DNA of 64,000 bases from Lingula anatina (lineage: Eukaryota; Animalia; Brachiopoda): contig CM120640.1 in assembly GCA_051362555.1 (NCBI GenBank), forward strand, positions 11,718,001 through 11,782,000. The letters run 5' to 3'. The notes beneath the pieces were generated by a model, which did no database searches, was not told the origin of the DNA, and saw only the letters and a list, made by a program, of their open reading frames with translations. Of this stretch, positions 24,374 to 38,400 are shown in pieces (the first letter of the stretch is position 1; every line of letters begins with the position of its first letter). The translations under genes and the position numbers were made by a program.

Positions 24374-26385
24374 TTATGTGACAAAATGAATGCAAGCCTC
24401 TTAGAAACCCATCTCTCAGCAAAATTTCTAAAACAGTGTTTTGTGCCAATTACTGTACTTTGTATGATTTCTCTATGGTTGACATGTCCTAAATAAAGGT
24501 GGCATTTTTTGTTCCTACTCTGATCTTTCTGTTTTATATCTGCCTGTACTTGCACTGAAACTTTAATTTTTATTGTGTCATGAACATGCTGCGTTTGCTC
24601 AATCTTGACTCTCTGCTTGTTTACTGGGCACATTATAACGTCACATGCACCCCGACTTACCCCTCCTTCCTACCGGTACATTGTTTCCTAAGATAAATCT
24701 TGATTGGATAAAACTTTTTAATTATTCAGGGATAATCGGATGAACTAGTAGCGTACTGGCAATTTCTCTCAGCCGTAATATGATAAGTGGGTTCGATACT
24801 TTATAAAGGCCTATATTTGGCAAAATGACGTTTCTCCCATTACTTTTACGTGAAATGCACACCATAATATAAGCGCAATAAAAATGAACAATTTTAGAAA
24901 ACAAAATCCCTTGTCTGTTGCTTTATTCACCACTTCACGCAGATCTGCACAGGGTTGTAAGTCGTCAGTTTTCCTGCTTTGTAAATTTGTGTGATATAGT
25001 GATCTACTAGTTAAGGCAACAACATGAAAATTGGCGTGGTCGTCGAATAGGGTGTGAGCTACAATCTGACGTCCGCGTTTGATTTAGGGGAAATTGGCAC
25101 CTGTTCCTGGTACCAGAAATGTGATTAAATCCGCTTTAAAACGGGTTGATAGCTATTCAGGCGAGGGATATTATTTGAAAGCGATGTTTCAGTTTTTACC
25201 TAAAGTATCATCAGCTCGAATAAGCATATTCATTCCCATGTATTTTTGATGCGACAGCATGATCTCATAACATGAAACTCTATTTCCGCATTATCTAAGC
25301 TGATATCGAGAAAAATCAGTACGTACCGAACCCGTGAAAAGGGGAACCTAAACAACATACCTCCGCCCTATGTATAGAGGGAACGGCACAGCAAAGGGCG
25401 GCGTAATAAGATGGAATTTCTTTTCTAGTTCGACATAATTTTCGACAAAAACACTGGTCAACACAGGAGCAAGCTTTCTGCTTTTTTTGTGTTTTACAAA
25501 CAGGAGGAAAAATAAGTGCTGAAGGTCAAATTTACAGCCAAAAGTTTGAAGAGGGTGCAAATTTTAAACCTTTTTCTACTGAACGAGATATTTTTCCTTC
25601 TTTTTGCCTGTGCATTGTATTCGTGTTGTATACGATGCGAGCCTACTGTTACTTATTTAATTTACATAACTATTTATTTACGTTACGTGGCATTTGCTCT
25701 CAAGACATTAAAATTTTTTTTCATATTAAACGAAACTTAAGTCAGTAGTCTAACTGATAATAAATTATTAAAAGGGGATAATGCTTTACGCTTACGCATT
25801 TGGAAAAATGCGAGATTGTTGCATCGTGATTATTGCAAAATAAATTATAAACAAACACTAAATAGGGACCAATTTATATGCAGAGGGTGATCACTCCTAT
25901 AGAATAAAGAATAAAAAGCACAAAGATGAACTGGTAGGAAAGGAATCAAAATGACATGTGTCCTAACAAAAACAGCCGATTTTTAGTTTGTCCAGGGGAG
26001 TTTTACTATTTTAAAAATAATTTAATGAATCAGACATAACTGTAATGAGGAGGTAAAAGACGAAGGGTATTATATGGGAATGATTAAATTGTTACGGTCG
26101 CCAAATACGCAGCCGGACAAATAACTGGCTCCACACTGAAAAATTCGTCATCATAATTTTAATTAACTTATAAGTGTTATTTAAGCTATATAAGGTATTA
26201 AATCTCTTTAACTTGTTTTTTTTTTTTACTTCAAATAATTATTTTTGCGTCCCTTTAGAAAATAATTTTGAACGAACCTTCCTTTTAAGTGGCAGTTTTC
26301 AATAATATACACCACGAATACACGTCTACGACGCACCCACTGTACTGGTATTCATTAATTTTTTGGCAACGTACCAGATATTTAA

Positions 26386-26714
26386 AGGGATAATAACTCT
26401 TCGTGGCCAAAAAATAAATTTTCCTCGAGTAAACAACAGTTTTCCCCTAGTCTACTAACCAATGGTTAATGGCTTTTACATTCAAAGTTAGTCCCTGTTT
26501 TTTTTTTAAAGTTTGGTTTTTTGTTAAAATCTCTCAAGATATCATAACAGAGTACAGCCATCAATGGAGGTTATGTGATCTGAAGACAAGCTCAGATATC
26601 AGAATATAACTATAACTGACGTTTTTGTGGTAAAACAGAACATTATATTTCTATGAGTTGTTCACAATGTTTTTATTGTGAAATATAGATATCGTACGAA
26701 GAGTTATTATCCCT
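26386..26714. mobile_element. 329-bp MITE with TTAA TSD (Kolobok-like) just upstream of the ASB gene
   Basis: Perfect 19-bp TIR AGGGATAATAACTCTTCGT; TTAA at 26382-26385 and 26715-26718. Confidence 0.85.
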
Positions 26715-26903
26715 TTAAAATACATGCCTCACCCCCACCCCCACTAAGTTTTTTTTTTTACTTCAAACCATGTTCAATCTTGCAGTTTCTCATTTTCTAT
26801 TTGCTTACCTTGACCTATTAATCATACATGTCATTTCACGTGAACAGCTCGTGGGGAAACCCGTGCCTCGTTTTCATATGTGACCTCACGGGATTCTGCT
26901 AGC

Positions 26904-29900
26904 ATGACAGGAGAACGGATTGCCGGTGAGCATGATGTGTCTGTTTCAAACCGTTAGATTGAAAATGGTATTAAAAGAAAGTGATAATTGTGTCAGTTAT
27001 CATAATTAACCCAACAAAAATGCCTTTATTCACTGAAAATGACACTTCTTTTGGTGTTCGAATAAGGAAAGTTGGCGGGTAGCCAGACCACCGTCTTCTT
27101 ACAATACTCGCTCTGTTCATTGGCTCAGATTTTGCCATGAAATTTGAGCTTATGTGGTTTAATGTCAATTTTTATTGTATTAATGTTTTCACGTTTAAAT
27201 TTGCCCGTATTGTTACCAGTGTAGATATCAAGGGCAAATAAATTTGATGATAATATTAGTCTAACTATACTCTGTAACTGGCTGGAAATGTTCACGTATT
27301 TGTTTAATCCATATCAATACCAACTATATATTTTTTCTCTTAGAGCCACCCAGACTCAACCTGGAGAAAAGTGTTACCCTCTTCAAACTATTATGTGAAG
27401 GCACACCTGGTGACATTCAGAATGCAGACATTGGCTTTGAATTTCAAATAAGTAAGTGAGAAGAGTCCAGTCTAACATGAAAATTCATGTGTTCACACAT
27501 CTGTTTATGGTCTCCACTTTGTACTATACATGCTGATGCATGAAAGATATACTAGTGGTTGCACATAACTGTAAAATTACACGCAGGTGATTATTTTCCC
27601 TCTCACCTCCTCAAGTCCCACACTCCCGTAAAGCCAACCAGTATTCCCATCACATAGCTGTAATGCAAGATTCGTCTGTTTGTCTTCAAGTTTTGCTGTT
27701 GTGAAATAATAATCTGCGAATGAGGGAGTAATGATGGCCATCAACATAGTTCTGAATGCGAGAAGTGCATTGGGGATTGTTTCCCACCTAAAAGCAAACT
27801 TGAACAATCACTTTGGCAAAGCAACTTCCATTGCCCATTATTCTCTATGTTAGGAATGAATAGGGTCAGTTTTGTTGATGTGCAGTCACTTTAATAAAGA
27901 TTTTTTCCTTTTCTGTTTCTTCAGAAACCCATGGAGGAGACTGTGGTTGTAATAGGGATTTGGAATACCAGTGGCATGACAAATTTGACATGGAGGAAGT
28001 TCTCCGAGTAGGTACCTGCCTTTGTAATAACAACACAGCAATGGAAACATCTTCAGAATTTGACGAGGATTGCTTTTACCCCTCAGCAAATTGTTGTGCA
28101 AGTTTCTTTCCTCTTCATGTAGCAACAGCTTCAAACAAACCTCTGATGGTGAAATGGCTGATTGACCGCGGTGCGGATGTAAACTGTAGAACTGCTGCAT
28201 GGCAAATGACACCATTACACATCTGTGCCACACATGGCCACGTTGACTGTGCCAGGGTGCTTCTTGAAGCAGGTGCGGACTTGAACATCCTGAACAAGTC
28301 ATTACACACTGCTAGTTCATGGGCCGTTTTCAACAAACAGCTTGGTGTGCTGCAGGTGCTCTTAGAAAAGTTTTGTGCTCAAGACCCTGTTGGTAACTCA
28401 CCTGGACCTAAGGATTTGGTCCACATGTGCCTTGATTTGTTTATGACTGACTCTTTTGAAGAGGCATTACAGATGGTCATCAAAGCAGGTAGGTATACAG
28501 TTGGTTCTTTGGTTATATACATGTACTCATTGGATCTAACCGTAACTGCCCTGACCGTAACTGTTCATATAAAATTTTTGTTTTGGTTTCTATTGGATTC
28601 CTTTAGTATTTTGTAGAAAAGTATTATATGGGAAGCAATTGTATTGCGGAAATTCTCAGTAACTTTATTTTTACAAGAGGTGGACAGATATTTAATTAAA
28701 TTCATGTATAGTTTGAATAAATATATATATTAAACAATTTTGCTTCAGGTATAAATGTAAATGTTCAGACTAATGGTAGAACGCCACTACTGCGGGCAAT
28801 AGAAGAGAACAGTCTAAGGGGTGTGGAGTTATTGTTACAAAGCCCAACAATCGATGTCAATGTTGCAGGGTTTCATGGACAGATCACTCCTCTGTGTGCA
28901 GCCATAGAGATGTCCCACGGTAAGTGGAAGTAAAACCATCACATTAGATGCCCATTGTCCATAATGAATTATTTTATCAAAGTAGGTTAAAATATTGCAT
29001 ATCTTTTCGATTTTATTTCGATAGAATTAATAATTTAGATAAGAAGATTTCGAGTAGATAAAGTAAGCCAGTTGGTTAAAACAAAATAAAGAGATTTGTT
29101 AGTATTGTCATAGTGGGATATTAAAGTTACTGTTTACGTTTCCTTGGTTCTTGTAAGATTTAAAATCATTTTCTTCAAAACATTTTCTCTCTTTCAGCTA
29201 ATATAAAGATCATAAGCATGCTTTTGGAAGCCGGGGCTGATCCTAACTTGTGTTCAGAGGGAGATAATACACCTGTTATGATTGCATCAGTGGAAAACAA
29301 ACCTGACGTTGTCAAACTATTGATTGACCATGGAGGTGATGTGAACCTGGTGAATAACATGGGCTACCAGGCCTTGCACTGGGCTGCCTGGGACAACCAT
29401 GTAGGAGTTATGAAAGAACTCCTGTCTGCTGGAGCTAAACCTGATTGTCAGACCAGTGACAAGAACACACCCCTTTCTCTTGCAACACACGGTGATGCCA
29501 TGGCTGCATTTAACTTGCTTCTACCTCTGGGTTGTAATGTCAATAATAAAGACAAGGATTTGGACACTGCTTTGCATTATGCTGCGTACAATGGCAACTT
29601 AGAGATGGTTCAGAGTCTGATTAAACATGGTGCAGATCCCGAGATGTTAAATAATGTGGCTGCCACTCCTCTGTGGAATGCTGTTTATCAAAACCACTGG
29701 AATGTGTTTCAGTATCTCCTCAAATTAAATGTCCCTCTGGATGTGCCAAGTAGGGGTATAGACCAGCATGCACAATCATCTGATGTTGTTTATATTTACC
29801 CTCAACCTGTGACACCATTTTATGTGGCCCTTGAAACTGGCTTTTTTCCCATGGCACAATGTCTAGCTGTGGCAGGGTACAACATTACAAAGGAATATTG

Positions 29901-30150
29901 TATACAAACTGGAGATGTCCCAGATGCTTTATTGCACTCTCCTGAAATGATGAACTGGCTAGATCAGGCCATCTGTGAGCCCCCAAGTCTCATGTCACTG
30001 TGTAGGTATCAGATTCGCCAGGGACTTGGAAGAGAAGTCAAGGAGAAGGTACAACAGCTAGAGATACCAGTGGAACTTAAGCATCATTTGTTGCTTACTG
30101 ATTTAACCAGCATTCAACTTGATTCTCCATTCACACTTTTGAAGTTGTGA
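26904..30150 (+). CDS. Ankyrin repeat and SOCS box protein (ASB family), ~605 aa, 5 exons
   Basis: Exons 26904-26925, 27344-27451, 27925-28488, 28749-28919 and 29198-30150, all with phase-1 joins. Many TPLH/GADVN ankyrin repeats and a C-terminal SOCS box (PPSLMSLCRYQIR..LEIPVELKHHLL). The first two exons are less certain. Confidence 0.88.
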
Positions 30151-32400
30151 ATTATTTTGAACATTTGATGTCATTTGCTTTAGAATGGACAGAAAAGCTT
30201 AAAATATTGAAATTTTGTGCAAAAGCATCTACAGAGATTTTAATGTGGATTGTTTTGCATTTTAAAATCCTCATTTTTATATAGTAGATTATAAATGTTT
30301 GATCTTCAGGGATGAAATTTTTAGGCATATTTCAGATTTTTTGGGAGCCAAAAATATCATTGGCCTTGGTGTCCCCCTGGACCCCATGACTTTTTGCACT
30401 ATATGGCAATCTCATCCCTTGATCTTGGTAGTCTGCATGTTTTTTTTCCTAAAAGATATTGAACCCAAAACTTGTTTGGTATCTGACATATTGCCATTGT
30501 GAAGTTTACAAATTATTTTCAAATAAACAGAATATTGTATACTAACATGCAACATTTTCAATAGTGTGTGGACAAGAAAAACTTGGATCATTTTGTAAAA
30601 ATGTATGTGCAATTGCAGCATGTTAATGTGATAATTTAATATATTACATGTAGTTGCATCTTAAATTAACTATAACTAAGTGCCAAACGGAGTTCATTAT
30701 TTTCAATAACAGTGTTATATGAATATAAATGTTATTCAAAATGACAAAGCCTCTCCTATTTGCCAGAATCAAAATGTCGAAGACTCATTTTTCTGTAATA
30801 TTTCATCACAATAGGCTGCATTTTTAGTGTTGACAATTGTCAAAACGTATCCAGACTAAAGAATAGACTTTGATATTGTGGGTGGTGTAGGTGCTCCTGA
30901 CCATGTTATGATGCACCACCTTGATTGCAAGTGTTAAGTTGGCCTCGGAGAAGAATTTTATCAGTTGTGTTATAAGAATGAACTAAATTTTTCTTGGAGG
31001 TAAAACTATTTCAATATTAACCTGTTGACTGAAGAAAATTTTACTTCTGGCCTGTTTTCAATTAATTTCAATACTGAACTTATTTTGTGTAGTAGTGGCT
31101 GATTGAATTCTGCCTCAATTTGTAATTCCCGAGCAATATCAGTCTATATATGCAATTAGGACTGCCTTGCCAGAGTCGGTTGTGTGATGAACATGAACTT
31201 TTCTAGGTAATAGGGCACTGAAGTTTTGTTTGCAAGTATGCAATAATACTGTGAATATTGCGACATTATTGCACAATGTACCCACTTCCAGGGACAGCCT
31301 TGCCATCTACTTTGCAAGTTCATTATTATGATTATCAAAACTTATCGATATGATCTGTCCCATTTGAGCTGCTTGAGCTTATCCAAGGGAAACCAAAAAA
31401 GGAACTTTTCCCTGCTACTTGGGTGACTACACCCAAAAACAAAGGGGATAACCATATTGGCAACTGTAGTCACTGTTGATTAGAACACCAAAATGTTGCG
31501 CAGTATCTTACCTGTCTCTGGAAGTGATGAAATCTCGCAAACTTAAAATTGGACTTCTGTGCCCTATTACAAGCATCATTCTCAGCTCCATAGCCTACAT
31601 TGTTCATATATCAAATGTGTCAGCAACCTTTATTATAAATTTTGAAGTGTGAAGTTTCAAACCACAGATTAGCAGATTAGTTCCTTTTAAAACATGTTTA
31701 TTCACATTCAGTATTCCAATTTTAATAAAATGAAATATACATAAAAATATTTTTTTCTTGTAATATTTCCATGCAACAGAAGACATGACAACAAGATTAC
31801 TCTTGATCAGCTAAAATGGAATGTTAGCTATACCATTCTTGATACATGATTATTTGTGTTGAAAAAAAGGTTAAATTTGTGGATGACATTATTCTTTTTT
31901 GCAAGACTGGATGACATTTTCAAAGGCATTAATATGTATAAATATAAACAGTACAGCAGGTTCTTCAGCAAACAGCAGCTTACTTTACATGTAAAAATTA
32001 CCATGAAATTTCAAAATAATCATATTCATGATAAATGTGAGAATAAATGTAATGAGCTAAATACAGTTTGCCAAAAGACAAAACCTAAAAGAGTATATAA
32101 TGTAAAGAACACAACTTGAGTTTCCTTGATTGTTACAGTATTTATCACATGGTGTTTGTGGTCAGATCAAAGCTGGTTAGTTCACAACCTTATAAGGCAC
32201 TTTGGAAAATTCATAGTTTGGCATTATGTACTAAGTCCAATAAATTCCTATTATCACCTTGCATGTTCAGTTTCAAGAATGAAATTGCTGCCATGTGATG
32301 ACTGCAGTGACAGCAAAATAACTGACAGCACTACATTTACCAAGATCGGTTGGACCTTATAGATATTTGCATCCAGCTTTTTGGGTTTTTTGTTTTTGTT

Positions 32401-35400
32401 TCACGAAGCTCTTAGAAATGCTCCGATGAAGTCATTGTAACTTATTTTTCCCTTCAAGTCCTTATCATAGTATGTCATAAGGTGGTAAAATTCATTCTCG
32501 CTTAAGTTCAGGTTAAATTCTCGAAGCACTTGTCGGAACTGGGCTGGTGTAACAATTCCTAGTCCAGGTTTGTCCATCATTCGAAATGCTCTTCTCATTT
32601 CCTTCCATTCACTCACAACACTTGATTGAAGTCTTTGCATGGCTTCGAAAAAGAATGGGCTCCCTTCACCTGTGCTGACCTGAAATAAATATATAATATA
32701 CCATTTAAAAGATCTGGTTCAAATGTGGCACCAATGTGTAAAGAAAAAAGAAAACTTATAACGGACGTAATGATTCTGATACCTCTGGTTTACAGTGCAC
32801 ATTTATTTTGAAGGTCATTCTGAAAATTTGAGTTAGAACCATTTATTTTCCAAACCATCCATGAGTCTAGTATGATATACATGTATAGATTCACCAATGC
32901 AAAGAGCATGGGAAATGCAATAAAAGAGATGACATTAAAGTTATACCATGTTTATCGATCTATGAAACTCATTCAGTTTCCACGCCATAGGATGAAACCT
33001 TATGTTATACAATGCCTGTAAACAACATTGGCTCTGTTTTGATCACTTCCACTGCAATAATAACATCCATACTACAAACCACAGTATAAATGAGAAACAG
33101 TAAAGGGAACCAATTGAAGGAAATATGGGCTCACAACGAACAAAAATGACAAACATGCAGAATTCATCCGTGAAAATAAAGGCAACAGGATCAATACAGA
33201 CAGGACTTCAGAAAACGTGTCTTAAAATCTTTTTTAGCACAGACAAAGTTAAGAAAAAGTGTCAATTCAAATAATTCCACAGTGCATGCATTAGTGGCTT
33301 CTTGCCTCATCTTTGTGTTTAGTCTTCCATAGAATGTCTTGTACTAGAGCTTCCAGTGTCATGGTTCTCTCCATTTCAAATTTGTAAGAATCAGTTTTAC
33401 TTCTTCTATGCCTTTTACGAGTGCGTGATGATCTAGCACTCATGGTTACATCAAGTGCATCACTGACACCATTCTCTTTATTGTCATCATCTTCCTCATC
33501 AATTTTTTCCTATACACACATGACGCACAAAGGAATACTGTCATTTATTTAATATTTCCTAGCACTTTACAGATACAGTATATTTGCTATACTTGCATTT
33601 AGTGACTTGGTTCAAAATATTGCAAAATGGATAATTTCACTTTATAGGGCCACACATTTTAGAATGTGCATGGTTTGTATCTGAAGACTTCAATAAACAT
33701 CATAAGACAGAGTCAATAGGTTACACATACAAACTGAAGATGTCTACAAGAAATAAACAGTAATTTATTTATTTATTGTTTTTATAATTTTTCATATTAG
33801 GAGACATACCAGTGGGTAATTATAAAAAAAAAAAAAAAACGAAGCAAAAAAAAAAAAAAAAAATTATTCATCAAATTGAACTACTATTGACAAAAATTGA
33901 TTCTGTCATATTAAACAGCCTATATCTACCTACCTGCACTTTGGGTTCCTGCAGCTTCTTTCTTCCAAAACCCTTGTCTGCTGCTCTGCTCAGGACAAAA
34001 TGGCGCAGGAAATGAACATATGAAAAACGGCCATTTTCTTTTAGGTCATACTTGATCATTAATTGGTCAAACTCATAAGGAGCCATTTCAACTCCAAGTT
34101 TGTCAAATATATCTGAAATTGGAAAAAAGACTCCATTAAAATCTTTATGTTCACTGATTATTTCACTGTGAAATGGATTCAAGTTTTGCAAACTAATAGT
34201 GATAAATATTTTCACTACTTGGCATTGGTGCTATATACTGTACGTAGGTTTGTGTGTAATTATAACATTCAATTGCAGTAACTGCAATACCACTGACTTA
34301 CCAAAATTTCATATAACCAAACTACATGTGTATTACACTTCGAGTATTTCAGATATTTTCAAACAGTTCACCAACTTAAAAAAAAACTTCTACATGCCGA
34401 ACACCATTTTAAGTAGCCAATGGTATTGTAATGTATACCTTTGATATCTTGCATTTCCACAGTCCCAGTATTCTCCTGATCACACAGTCTACACAGCCTC
34501 TGTATGTCCTTCCATGTACGGTGAATGTGGTCCCTAAGCTTGTTCTCAATGTGTTCTGCATTGACTAGAGGTGTATAGTGCCCACCACCCTGACCGGACT
34601 GCCTGGACCCGACTCTTGATCCTGCTCTGGACCCTGCTGGGGTGCCCATTAGCTCAGACTGTCAAGAATATTTAGAAATATAGATTTATAATTTATGGGA
34701 ATTAAAGTAGAAATGTGTACCCAAATATGAAATATTCCTCCACTAGAAATTGTGGGAATTTGTTTGTATATAACAACTGAAAATAATGCAAGAACTACAG
34801 TGTAAAACTCAGTAGAATATAGAGAAACATTTGGAACAAGATTACACTGTGAGAAGCATAAACAAGCCACACAAATAAGTTTTCCCTTGACAGTGCTATT
34901 AACAACACATTTCTTTCTTCATCTTTTTATGTAACATCTGGACTCTTTTTGTTATTGTGTTTACAAAACATGGATGTCCACAAAAGCATATCATATTACC
35001 AGTGGGCAAGCAAAACTACCCATTGTAATTGATCAAAACAGGCTACAGTTACACTACAGCTGTTACTTAAATCTCCAAGTTAAAAAGTATACCAAACAGA
35101 GAGGTTTTACATATCTACATGAACATGATTATCAAGTTTCTCCTCAATCATTAAGAATGAAAAACAATCTTACCCTAGCTACAGATCCCGATCTCAGAGA
35201 GAGTGGTGTTTCAGACCTGCGGCCTCCAGGTGAAGCCCCAAGCTCAGAGCGGGAGCGAGATGGAGGTCTTGGCGATGTACTGTTGCTGTATCGCTTCAAG
35301 AAGTCGCGATATTCCAGGTTGCCGAACTCATTGATCTTCAGAGTGTCCCACAAGTTCTCAAACTTGAATAAAAATTTGAAAATGATTAAAATTAATTTGT

Positions 35401-38400
35401 TCAGCCTGTACATTTTAATATTCATTGGCACCAGTAAGACTTCTTTCATGATAGTCTTTTTTGAAACAGTTATCTATAGAGAGAGGCGGACATAAAAATA
35501 TAAATTACAAATTGTAATGTTAAAAATATGTTGCTTGATTGCTGTGAAGATCAATTAAGTATTACTGTTACATATTAGTATGTAGTGAAAATATTTTACG
35601 AGCAAAATATCTGCAGTACATCACATAAGATGTACAGGTAAGTACTATGACAGCTAGGTATAGTACCTGATCATTGGAAAGCCTAAATGAATTCCTATTC
35701 AGCACATTTCTGAAATCCTCTTTGGAGACCACTCCTATTTTGGCATAGTCAATCTCAGCAAATGCTCTGGCCATCTGGTAAAAATGGGTGGTGACATTTT
35801 CCCGAAGTGCAGCATGAATCTCTTCCATACCCACAGACTGCTGTGGTGTTCTTCCTCTCATCATGTTTCTTTGAAGAGTTTCTAGCCATTGCTCAGATTC
35901 CTGCAATGACAGTAAACAAATGAATGTAATTATTTAATACATAAAGTTGAATTATTCAATACATATTATTTTAATAATTATGTATATTTTCAAGTGTAAT
36001 TATGACCAGCAAATGCTTCTCTTGATATTTAACTGGAGATCCATCCCTTGTCCAGTTTGTTTACTCTCTAAAAGTCAACTAGCTATTAAAAACAAAGACA
36101 ATAAATAAATAAATACAATCAAAACAAAATTAATCTGAAAAGGCCCCCTTCAAATTACCTGTTGTGTATCTTGCTTGAAATAATCCATGAAATCTGGGTA
36201 AGACACAGTATTATCTCCCTGAGCACTCATCCTGCTCATGAGATGCCGGTACTGTGCATCTGTCATCTTGAAGCAGAAATTATCCAACACACGGCGGAAA
36301 TCTGCTGTGCCAATAACCCCTGTTTTGTCTTTATCGAAGGCAGTAAATGCCTGCAGTAAAATAAGAGAAACATGGCTGCATGAGAATTAGTCAGTAAAGT
36401 CTGTTCCGATATGGTACATGTGCAACTAACTGTTTGTCATAAATGGCCTGCTGTACTAGTATGCTCTTTTGTAACTGTAATTAAGTCTAAAGCAGAGAAT
36501 GAAAGTATTCTGATCTACCCAGTATCACATTTAAAATAATATCAAACAAGTCTTTCAATCATATGGTAGTACACACTAAGGCAAAATAGACCATGATTTC
36601 TATTGTACTTACAGATATGAGAACTTCAAAGTTATTGCTGATTTTATCACGAATTTTCTTTTCTGCAGAAGTGGGATTCAAATCTTCATATTCCTCTAAC
36701 TGAACATCTGTTCTGTGACCGTAGCTGGATTTTCTGCCGTCTTCAAATGCCTTCAAAAACTGCTCATAATTTATCCTGCTGTTGGTAGCTACTAGCCCGA
36801 TCCTGAAGAATATTTAGGTTACACGCTTAACTGTACAAGCTTTCTATTCTGTTTACATCCACTCCATAGCAACGACCTCTGGCTACACTCCTAATGTTTA
36901 TTCAAGGTCACAGACTGCCTTTATCAACACTCAGCTCTTTAACAAATATTTAATCAAAGTGGATATTACATGGTTGACATGATTTCAATTGAACCAGTGA
37001 AAAGAGTCGATTCTCCTCACATTATACTGATGTTTAACTGGAGTAGTTTCCCAATAAACTTTGATCCTGTCCTGACAAATTGCTTTTTCATGCATAACTA
37101 TTTAGCACAAAATGTGGCCAATAATAGCTTTTCTTATAAGCCAAACAATGGAGTATTATTCAACCTTAGGTGACCTCAGGACACATGATATGGCTAAATA
37201 TGATTTGTCTCCAACAAACATATTTACTTCATTAACATTTCTCAAAAATAAAAACATTTAGGTGAGCATCATATATGCAGGTACATGTATGTTAATCTGA
37301 CACAATACAAAAGAAACAATCGGATTAAAAAAAATCTCAGAACATTATTATGAGATGTGCATAATTGACTGTCTGTCAGGCAGATGCATTTTATTGCATT
37401 TACATGTAGGGAAACTGTCCGTGCTATTCTTTTAATGATAATAAACATATAAAGAGATTAGACAGAAAAAATTATATTTAGAAATTTGATGTAAGTACTT
37501 GTGTATATAAAACCACTTTTCGTCAACTTCTTTAAAAGTAAATATATATATATGTAGTTTCTATATGTATTTACATATTTTTTTTTTTACTTTGCAAATC
37601 ATTTTATCTCCATTTCATTTTTTTTCTTGTTGTTTTTCATAAAAAATGTTTAGAAAAAATAATTTTTGAACATTTTATCGGTAAGAAAAAAATGGATTCA
37701 AGTTATTAAAATTTACTCATTATGTTTTCATATGCCATGTTTTGCAAGCATTTAACAACTATGTCAACATTTCTATCTACAAACCATATCATATCAGAAA
37801 GATACATGTAAAAAAAAAAAAACATTTACTAAATTGTACAATACTTCACATATAAACCTTCTTAAAAATAATCAGTGGGATTAGAGATCAAAGACGGAAG
37901 CTTTTGTTCAGCCCATATAAAATGATACTCAAATAAGTGATCTGAAAAATGTTTTTGCATTTAGTGCTTTGAAGCTGCAGTTTGCATTTAGGAAAAATAT
38001 CAAAGATGACATGAAAATCCCTTTACATGAAGTATTTTTCACTAATAACCCATCCCATGCACCTTTAAATTAAGTACAATTTGTTGACTTGAAAAAATCT
38101 TCATTTAATATACCCATTATTCTGTATGTTAACTACATGTATATTAACTAGTCAAAATATAATACACTTACTTATCTAAAAGCTGGTAGAACTGGTCATC
38201 ATTCAGGAAGTAATTCAGGTCCACCAGTACTTTCTGTATTTCACTGACAGACAAGGATCCTTTTTTCTTGGTATCATACTTTTTAAAGGCAGCATACATG
38301 TTGTCATATTGGTCACGGAAACGATCCCTAAATGATGAATTGAAACATCAATAAATGCATGTTCATATATTGATGTGAACTTTATCAAAATATACCATGC

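Noticed and set aside
24630-26160. CpG-rich intergenic stretch resembling decayed DNA transposon(s)
   Set aside because: No TIR pair, TSD or coding remnant was found to define it.
26971-27168. Minus ORF in ASB intron 1
   Set aside because: Non-ATG start, no splice signals, and it contains a repeat-like GGGTAGCCAGAC fragment.
34974-35495. 173-aa plus-strand ORF
   Set aside because: Antisense shadow of an EFCAB6 exon plus intronic sequence.
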